Origin: Basidiobolus meristosporus CBS 931.73
Taxonomy: Eukaryota; Fungi; Basidiobolomycota
Assembly (NCBI GenBank): GCA_002104905.1
Contig: MCFE01000511.1
Coordinates: 1 to 64,000 of the forward strand
Length of the DNA stretch: 64,000 nucleotides
Reading direction: 5' to 3'
The position numbers and the translations under genes are program-made. The notes beneath the pieces are model-generated. The model made no database searches and had not been told where the DNA came from. It saw nothing but the letters and a program-made list of their open reading frames with translations. Below are positions 51,102 through 60,646 of the stretch, piece by piece. The stretch's first letter is position 1; each line of letters begins with the position of its first letter.

Positions 51102-51153
51102 CTTATGATAGGATCCGGCACGCTCCATTTCAAATCTTATGATAGGATCCGGC
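51102..51153. repeat. 18-bp perfect direct repeat in the RPL19/ABC divergent promoter
   Basis: CTTATGATAGGATCCGGC at 51102-51119 and 51136-51153. Confidence 0.9.
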
Positions 51154-51339
51154 GTGCTCAATTTCTTTGCGTGATGGAACCATATCACGTGGCGAGCGGG
51201 ATTTGTCCCCGGTGGAGTTACATGTTCGGCCGAAATGTTGATTAAGGAAAACGTAGTCTGATCACCTGTCATGCTCACTGCATATAACTATAAATAATGG
51301 CCATCTAAGCTCGTTGAATATCATTGCTCCATTGCTGGA

Positions 51340-54300
51340 ATGATACTCAGTGATCTACCTGACGAGAAGGGAGTGACCTCGAAAGAGAAACGATATGGCT
51401 ACTTTGATCTCTATCGCTATGCCACAGGCGACGACAAGGCGCTGATGTTGCTGGGCCTAATGGGCGCGTCGGTATCAGGAGTGGCTGCTCCATTGATGAC
51501 GATGGTTAGCGGTGATTTGATCAACCTGTTCTCGCGATACTTTGCCGCCGATTCACCCGTTAGTACGGATCATTTCAAGAAAGATGCCAATGCCCTTGTT
51601 CTTTACTTTGTATGTATCGGAGTGGTCGCATTTGTCTGCTGTTATGCATCCCGTTGCACTTTTGCCTGGACTGGAGATCGTATTGCCCGCCGCGTGCGAG
51701 AAGCTTATCTTAAAGCCGTTCTTCGTCAAGAGATCGCTTACTTTGACCAACTTGGGCCTGGCGAGGTTGCGACTAGGATCTCTCGCGACACGCATTTGTT
51801 GCACGACGGGATTTCGATCAAAGTGACCATGGCGTTCCAGGTTCTTTCAATCATCATCTCAGGGTTTGTCGTTGCCTTCATCCGAGATTGGAAGCTGTCC
51901 TTGGCGCTGTGCTGTCTGATTCCACTGGTGCTCGTAACTCTCACTGCTTGTGCTTAGTAAGTTTCTCCCAAGCCTCGTAATTTCAGAATACCTGACCTCT
52001 TAGCAATGAGTAGCTACATAGAGAAAATGGCTCAAAGAGAATCGGACCTCCAATCGAAGGCTGGTACTCATGCGGAAGAGGTGATTGCGAGTGCACGAAC
52101 CTTCACCACGTTCGGTATCCAGGGTAGATTGGCAGATACATTCGAGTGTTTCCTGCAGCAGATCGAAGCTATTTCAAAGATGAAGGCTGTAGCGTCAGCA
52201 TTTAGCCAATCAGGCGTTTTATTGTGGATTCTACTGGTCCATTGCCTCGCTTTATGGTACGGCGGTAGGCTGGTTGTGGATAAGGAAATTGAAGTTGGCA
52301 CCGTTAATACTGTGCTTGTCTCGGTAGGTCACTATACCAATGGTTGCATGCTGCACGGATTGACAATCTTTGCCCGCTGTTGCAGGTATTCCTAGGCGCG
52401 CTTTCCCTCAATGGGATTGCCCCTACCTTTCAAGCATTTACCAAGGCAAGAGGTGCTGGCTCCAAGCTATATGATGTTATTGACCGCGTCCCACCCATCG
52501 ATTCAGCATCTCCAGAAGGAAAAGTCTTGGACAGCCCCGTTGGCCACATCCAATTGTGCGACGTGGTTTTTCAGTACCCTGCCCGGCCTACTGTGGAGGT
52601 ATTGAAGGGAATAAGTTTGGATGTGAGGCCTGGTACAACCGTGGCGCTGGTGGGTTCTTCGGGATCGGGGAAATCTACCATCATCGAGCTGATTGAACGA
52701 TATCACGACACCATTGGCGGCCAGGTTTTGTTCGATGGCCATGACATTAGACAGCTTAACTTGAGATGGTTGCGGCGAAACATCTCTTTAGTCTCGCAAG
52801 AACCTACGCTATTCAGCACGACAATATGGGAAAACGTCGCGTACGGTCTGATTGGGACCGAATCCGAAAGCCTGGACAAAGATGCCAAAATGAAGCTCAT
52901 AGTAGAGGCTTGTAAAATGTCCAATGCCCACGATTTCATCATGGATCTTCCACTTCAATACGAAACGTTGACTGGTGAGCGTGGGTTTCTCCTTTCTGGT
53001 GGCCAGAAGCAACGCATAGCCATCGCTCGTGCTGTAGTGAAGAATCCAAAAGTGCTTCTGCTGGATGAGGCCACCTCTGCTCTGGACACCCAGGCAGAGG
53101 GCATCGTTCAAGATGCTTTGAACCGTATCGCACAAGATCGTACCACCATTACCATCGCCCATCGATTGTCAACTATTCGCCACGCAACAAAAATAGTTGT
53201 CATGGATGGTGGAGAGATAAGAGAGTCTGGAAATCATGCTGAGCTTATGGAGCTCAACGGTATCTACGCCAAACTCGTAGAGGCGCAATCGGTTGATACC
53301 AAGTGTAGCACACAGTTGGTTTCCGAGAGCAAGAGCGCGGAGGAGGTAGTCGGTGACCCTCCCATTGATCAGAATAGCACAGTTATGAGTGCGCTTGAGG
53401 CTGGATCAACCAAGTCACACAATACTCTTGAATTGATCATCGCCATTGCTAGGGCTAACTACCAAGAGATAGGATATACGATAACCGGCTCGCTGTCATC
53501 TATCATTAATGGCGGTATCAATCCTGTCTTCGCTATTCTTTTCGCTCACTACGTAACTGACTTAAGCACCAGTATTACGGATTCTGATGCGACGAACAAC
53601 AAAAACCACTGGACCTTACTGCTGCTTTACGTCTCCGTTGCCGCATTCATAGCACAGTGGCTTTCAACCTATAGCTTCCTTATTGCTAGCGAACGCTTGT
53701 CAACTCGATTGCGCTCATCCTGTTTTCGTTCCATTCTGCGCCAGGACATAGGATGGTTCGATAGGAAAGAGAATACGGCCGGCTCTCTGACGTCCAGTCT
53801 TGCTTTGGATGCCACCCTTGTGCAGGGTCTTACGGGAATGACTGCGGGAGTACTCATCAACTTCACTACCTGTATTGTGGTGGGGATTGTGATCGGATTC
53901 GTATTTGATTGGAAGTTGACTCTTGTGGCTCTCCCTTTTGTGCCCATCCTTGGTGGTGGCTGCAGTGGTTGATATGCACATGTCCGAGGGTTATCATGAG
54001 CAGATACGAGAGTCCTATGAGATTTCCTGTCAGATTGCATCGGAGTCGGTGAGGGCCATCCGTACTGTAGCTTCGTTGACGCGGGAAGACAACGTCTGCC
54101 ATATATACAGTGAGGAGTTGGAGAAGCCGATGGCAGCTGGCAGAAAAAATGCCCTCGTTGGCTCCCTGGCGTATGCCTTCTCGCAGAGTATCATCTATTT
54201 TTCGACTGCACTAGTCTTCTGGTATGGTGGTGAAAGGGTAAGCATATAACGGCCCATTGCTAAGAACATGAGAACTGACTATTAGTTGAAATTAGATTAT

Positions 54301-55243
54301 CGACTCTGGTCACATCAACCATCTAACTAGCTTTATCATTGTCTCGGAAGGGGTGATTTTCGGTGCACAAAGTGCTGGCCAAATCTTTGCTTACTTCCCC
54401 GACATCTCCCGCGCAAAAGCTGCCGCATCGAATATACTAAACCTTCTGCAACGCAAGCCTCGGATTGATACTTGGTCCATAAATGGCGCCTCCCCCGCAA
54501 AAATCGAGGGATACATCCATTTCGAGAATGTGCACTTTGGCCACTACGCAAATCAGCCTGTTCTGCGAGGCCTGAATTTCGAGGCCAGACCAGGTCAGTA
54601 TGTTGCTCTAGTTGGTCCCTCAGGTTCTGGGAAATCTACCGCGATTAGTCTCGTCGAAAGGTTTTACGATGTTCAGAAGGGACAAATCCTACTGGATGGC
54701 AGGAACATTGCTGAGCTAAACATAAATACGCTAAGACGGCTCATCTCATTAGTATCACAAGAGCCAACCTTGTACAACATGTCCATTAGGGAGAACATTG
54801 TCATTGGCGTTGAAGGCTCAGTGGCTCAAGAAAAGGTTGAGCAAGTATGCCGTGACGCTAACATCCATGATTTCATCATGTCTTTACCGGATGCTTACGA
54901 GACAAATGTTGGTGGTGGCGGCGCTCAGCTCTCAGGCGGACAGAAACAGCGGATATCAATTGCACGCGCTCTGATCCGAGATCCGAAAATTCTACTTTTG
55001 GACGAAGCAACTTCTGCTCTTGACTCTCAATCAGAGCGAAGCGTACAAAGCGCCCTTGACAAAGCCTCTCACGGTAGAACTACGATAGCTATAGCACACC
55101 GCCTTTCAACCATTCAACATGCTGACCTGATCTGCGTTCTTAAAGATGGAATAATTGTTGAGAAGGGTTCGCATAAGGAGCTATTGGGCTTACAAGGCAC
55201 ATACTACAAGATGGTTCAAGAGCAAAATATGCATGGGGGTTGA
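51340..55243 (+). CDS. Full-size ABCB/MDR (P-glycoprotein-like) ABC transporter, TMD-NBD-TMD-NBD, with an apparent frameshift in TMD2
   Basis: Two sets of Walker A (GSSGSGKST, GPSGSGKST), LSGGQKQR and LLLDEATSALD; introns 52324-52385 and ~54238-54295; frame break at ~53947. Confidence 0.9.
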
Positions 55244-55896
55244 TGCCACTTCACTATATATATATACAATATATTCATATTTTTGCATTAATTGTATTAT
55301 GAGTGGGCTGATTTTACATTAATGGGATTGTATGCTTTGATGTATGGGAGGTACCCAATGTGCATAAGTATCATTGATACATCTAAATTTCTCCAAACTC
55401 ATACAATTAATGACAGAACACTCAGAAACATAATAGATAGTGGCTAAGGGGAAGTAATAGCATACCATAGATTTTACTGTAAATCAGCAACTATGAATGA
55501 TGCATTATATGGCATATCACAGCTACTCAACCGTACACCATTTTTTCTGGGATGAGAAAGGGTTTAAACAGATATATGACACTTATGAAGCAAGTCACAA
55601 TTGTGAAAAAATTAAGCTTATGATCCTGTCAAGGGAGTATCACAAAGTCACAAAATAGGAATTCTGTGACTGAGTAGTATTGATGCTATCAGGATACAGT
55701 ACAAATAATGTCAGAAAAATAATGCTCTCTGAATGTCAAAGAAAACTTGACCAAAGATTATCAATTATATATTGTCCTCTACAGCTTTTCAAATTATAGA
55801 ATATATAATGTATATGTGCCAAGACCCAGTATAGAAAGTGGGATTTCTATCTATTTAGTGGATCCTTAATTTCCTTATAACAGAGTGACAGGGGAG

Positions 55897-56989
55897 TTCT
55901 TATTGAAAGTGTCTTGGAGATATTAGAAGTGATTGGGAGAACAAGTAGATTATACATGGTCTTGGAGTGGTATACACATTGAATAGGTTAAGGAGGGTCC
56001 CAAGAAAATGTGTGCAAAGTTTGGGGCTGTTTGGACAACTTTGAGAATTTTCATGTTCTGGGGAAATATTCTACAGTAAATCCAACTAGGAGTCTGGTCA
56101 GTATTCCCTAGGATTTGAAGGTAATGATCTAGATGACTACATTAGGTGAATATTTAGGTGGAATTACAAATCTTTACAACACTCCCACCCCTACTAAATG
56201 CTCAAACTGACTAATCCTAATTTTGACCTAAGATATCTAAACTTGTCTCTAGCTAATGAATTGGGTAAATATGTCTGCAATCATTTCATCTGAAGGGCAG
56301 TAGACTAAGCTAATTAAGTTATTCTCTATAGCTTCATGTATGAAATGATGTCTAATATTCATGTGCCAGTTCTAGCATGAAAAGTTAGATTTCTACCTAA
56401 TTGTGTACATCCTTGATTATCTTGAAATAAAGTAATAGGTGTTTTTTGACATAGGCCTAAATCTGTAAAAGGCTTTATTAACCACCTTGCTTCTTTTGTA
56501 GCTTCACAGGCTGCATATACTCTGCCTCAGTGGTAGAAAGTGCTACAGTTGGTTGCTTTCTTGAATTCCATGAAACTACTCCTTTACAGTATTGAAAGGT
56601 GTATTCTGTTGTAAAAATTTGTATTTCCACCTGAATACTCACCTAACTTAGTCACTTAGATAATTACCTTCAAATCCTAGAGAATACTGACCAAATACCT
56701 TGTTGGGATTTACTTAGAATATTTTCACCAAAATACCAGGTACCCAGAACATGAAAATTCTCAAAGTTGTCCAAACAGCCCCAAACTTTGCACACATGTT
56801 CTTGGGAACTGCCTTAACCTATTCTACGTGTTTGTAATGCCAAGACCGGGTAAAAGTATAAATACTACTTTTACATTCAACAAATCATTAAGTGAAAACC
56901 ACATAATATACCTGTCCTCCCAATCACTTCCAATATCTCCAAGACTCTTACAACATATTCTGTGGTGGATCTTCTGTCTTCCAAATTTT
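55897..56989 (-). mobile_element. Old family A 3' end (RNase H, PPT, 3' LTR ~55897-56181), interrupted
   Basis: Reverse complement gives NLEDRRSTTEYTF..ALSTTEAEY..IFT motifs, then PPT GGGGTGGGAG and TGTTGTAAAGATTTG. Confidence 0.85.
56607..56955 (+). repeat. Solo LTR of family A with perfect 5-bp TSD
   Basis: 349 bp, TGTTG...CAACA, flanked by TATTC on both sides. Confidence 0.95.
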
Positions 56990-58375
56990 TGTTGTAAAAA
57001 TTTGTATTTCCACCTAAATATTCACCTAACTTAGTGACTTAGATCATTACCTTCAAATCCTAGAGAATACTGACCAAATTCCTTGTTGGGATTTACTTAG
57101 AATATTTTCACCAAAATACCAGGTACCCAAAACATGAAAATTCTCAAAGTTGTCCAAACAGCCCCAAACTTTACACACATGTTTTTGAGACCTTCCTTAG
57201 CCTATTCTATGTGTTTGTAATGCTAAGACCAGGTAAAGTATAAATACTACTTTTACATTCAATAATTCATTAAGTGAAAACCACATAATCTACTTGTTCT
57301 CCAAATCACTTCCAATATCTCCAAGACTCTTACAACAGGTTATGAGCCCCAAGCTGTCACTCTCTACAATGTCTACTACTGCTATTACTGGAATTTTTTC
57401 CTCTGCTGAAAAGTTGGATGGATCTAACTACCAAGTGTGGAAGGTGGAGATGAATATGCTGCTACAAGAAAGAGGCCTTTGGGATTTTGTCATGGGAGAA
57501 GAATGCCCTCCTAAAAACGTGGGAGAGGAAGCTTTAAAGTACCAGAAAAAAGAACAAAGTGCCTTTAACTGCATTTGCCTTAATGTCAAGGACAAATTGC
57601 TAATTCAATGCTCAAGAGCAAAAACGGCAAATAATGCCTGGAAAGCATTGGAAGACACCTACCAGTCATGTTCAGCTGCCAAGAAAATGTATCTGAGACA
57701 AAAATTCTTTACTACAAATATGCTGCTAGGAGAAGAAATGAAAAATTCAATTAACAGAATTACCCTGCTGGTAGATGAGATGGAATCTGTGGGTGTACCA
57801 ACTACTGATGAGGATGTGATAGTTACCATCCTGAATAGCCTGACAGACAAGTTTCAGGGCCTTGTATCAGCCCTAGAGTCCAGAACTGAAGATTTGACCT
57901 TAAATTATGTATATGGAAGGCTCCTGGATGAAGAATTAAGAAAATCAAGTGCCAATAAGAAGGAAGAAGAAAATGCTTTAATAAGCAATGATAGCCAACA
58001 AAGGAGGTACCCAAGACCCTACAAAGGCAACAGCAACCAGTTTTGTAACTACTGCAAAAGGAAAGGACACACATCAGACCGGTGTCTCAAAAAGAAAGAT
58101 AATCAGCAAAAGATGCCTGAATATGGAAATGCTGCAACAACTGAAGATAGACTATTCAGATCTGCACTAAATATGACCACAAAAAGGATTCTCAGATGTG
58201 GTATATTGACTCTGGAGCATCTCAACACTTTACACACCAAAAAGAACTTTTTACCCAATATCAAGAAATTCCAATTAAGAAGGTTTTCATGGGTGACAAT
58301 AGAACACTTGATGCAGTGAGAGAAGGAACTATCCAAGTAAACCTTAGAAGCAGTGAAGGAAGCCATACACTGACT
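56990..58375 (+). mobile_element. Family A 5' part (LTR 56990-57337, PBS 57338-57349, gag, protease start), 3'-truncated
   Basis: gag ATG at 57369 with CCHC knuckle; frameshift before WYIDSGA; homology stops abruptly at ~58375. Confidence 0.92.
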
Positions 58376-58780
58376 GTTGTATCCAAGAGAAAGTGTAATA
58401 AAACTCTTGAATGGTTTAACTGAACCAAATGGACAATTAAGTGCAGAATCTTAGAATTGTCAGAGAGTGGCGGAAATATTAGCAGAAAGATTCTGATCTA
58501 ATATTGGTCTTAGATATAGCTGAGTTGGCTATAAAGACAATGATAATTGTTTGCTAGGCAGGCTAGGCTTAGTGTTCTTTGGAGTGCTAGATATAGTAGG
58601 CTTGGATAGAAACTAGAATGGAATTGTTGAATTCTTATTTTTGCTGAGACAGAATCTAAATTTTGTTGAGACAAACACTAAACCAAAAGGTTCAGTAAAC
58701 TTTATTTATACTTTTCTGATCAAGTTGAATTAGTAAGTGCCAAGGGACTGGATTGATTGAAATCAATTTGGGTGTTCATA

Positions 58781-60240
58781 GGTGCGTTGTGGTGGTGTTT
58801 AGGTACTCCTGGGAGAAGCTACACAACTCAAGGTGTGTGAGGTGTCTGATGGGTGCAATAACCTCTGGGTCTAAACTGCTGGTGTCTTTGTCAGTATGTC
58901 TCTATGGTAAAAGCTCCTGCTTCTCTAGCTTCCTAGGTGCTCCAAGTGTCTCCAAAGGCCTCTGTGTGTCTTGTGCACTACCCTGAAAAGCTCCTTGATG
59001 GCAGGTCTGAGATGTACTGTTGAAGGCAGGTGCAGTGATCAACTGCTAATCAATAAGGTAGAAGTGTTACTGATAGAAGGGATGATTTATTGATGAGGGA
59101 TTGCTTTCCCTTAAATACTTTTCCTGATTGCCAAGTGATTACTAATGACAAGGTTCTAGAAGATTCTAGGTATCAGTGGAATTCTTGATGACATCACCAT
59201 GAGCTAAAAATATGCCAAGAATGTCCTGGAAGGTTCTAAAAGGCACAGCACTCTCAACCAATCAGGAATCAGTAGTCTGAAACCTGTGCAACATAGAAAT
59301 ACCATATATGGTATTGAAATGGTAGGGATGGTAACACAGACCTAGGTCATGTGTCACGGGTACTGACGCGGGTACTTGCCTTATATAGATACATCTACTG
59401 ATCACAAAGCTGAATAACATCTGGGATAACTAATGCTAATAACTAATCAGGGTAAACATCATATGGGGATAATACTGATAATATGGGCAAAAGAAGAATG
59501 GGATAATACTGATAAGATAAAATATGGATAAGTATATCATAATGACTATATAAATAAACTTGTCTGTGGGAGGTATGTTTACCCTACCACAGCGTAAGAT
59601 ATATGAAAATTACATCATCAATCAACTGATGTCTTGGCAACTGCACAGTGGTTGGATAGATCTCAGATGACTAATCACCTGGGAAGGCTTGGCAGATAGG
59701 TTGATAACGTAATGACCATTTGAAAATAGATCAGGTGTGATAGCTAAAAATAGATTCTGAGGTGGGATAAAATAAACTGTAACTGGAATCTGTTATGTTT
59801 GGGTTAGGGAAAATCAGTTAGGGTACTAGATTTTCTAACAGAGTAAAATTGGCTAAGTTTTAAATGTTGATGCACAACATCACTTCCTTCCAGAAGAGGA
59901 GTTTTTTGATACCTTCTGGGTTCCTCTGTGGCTCCAATACTGATCAATAATGGCAACATCATCAAAGTTGGTGTAAGGTTCCCAGGTGTTGTGTTTGGCA
60001 GCATAGCCTTTCCACTTGACTAAATAAAGGCAATTTGGTTCTTCTCCTTCATGGTCCACAATAGCTTCAACTTCATAGGATTCCAAAGTTACTGGGTCTT
60101 GAGAAATAAGTTTGAGTGAAGAAGGTGAAAAGTTTTTGGGTAGCAGTGCTCCAGTGTTATCCTGAAGTACATAAGATCCTCCAGTAGTGCGTCTGACAAC
60201 CTTGAATGGTCCTTCATACTTTGGGTCAAGCTTAGATTAC
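58781..60240 (-). mobile_element. Chromovirus (Ty3/Gypsy) 3' end: integrase tail, chromodomain and LTR-like region
   Basis: KLDPKYEGPFKVVRRTTGGSYVL..YEVEAIVDH..YLVKWKGY....NTWEP (ORF 59880-60086); the downstream repeat is shared with 13125-13557 and 13905-14310. LTR limits not resolved. Confidence 0.88.
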
Positions 60241-60261
60241 CGGATTGGATCTAGTGTCTTA

Positions 60262-60646
60262 GGTTAGGGGAGGGAAAGTCACCAAGGTAGGTGAAATCTT
60301 TATTTGATTTCAGACAAGTCTAACTACAAATAAAGAAGCCAGCTGGGAATAGAAGATTCCCAAAGTAAAGGGTTAGGGGGGAGGAAAGTCACCAAGTGGT
60401 GAAATCTTTATTTACTTATGACAAGTATCTAAAGAAGCCATGTTAATCTGAAGTAATTCCTAGAAAGCTAGGTCTGAGAGATATCTTCCTGGTAAGCCAG
60501 GTCTGAGAGTTGAGAAGCTGAGTGGTACTATATTTCCTAGTTAGCTAGGTCTGAGAGAGGTTTCCTGGAAAGCCAGGCCTGAGAAGTGAGAATCTGAATA
60601 TATCTGAGCTAAGTTATACTGGTTTGCGGTAGCTGAATTGTGGCCA
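60262..60646 (-). repeat. Two extra copies of the LINE 3' tail plus a hairpin array
   Basis: Tail motif at 60262-60343 and 60370-60440; hairpins at 60344-60362, 60459-60472, 60488-60501, 60536-60549 and 60564-60577. Confidence 0.85.

Noticed and set aside
30168-55243. Secondary-metabolite cluster (velvet + Zn2Cys6 + ABC pump)
   Set aside because: No PKS, NRPS, terpene or tailoring enzyme, and housekeeping genes (SEC27, TFA2, RPL19) intervene.
60456-60600. Hammerhead ribozyme in the hairpin array
   Set aside because: CTGAGA and GAAA-like words are present, but no CUGANGA core with correctly placed stems exists on either strand.
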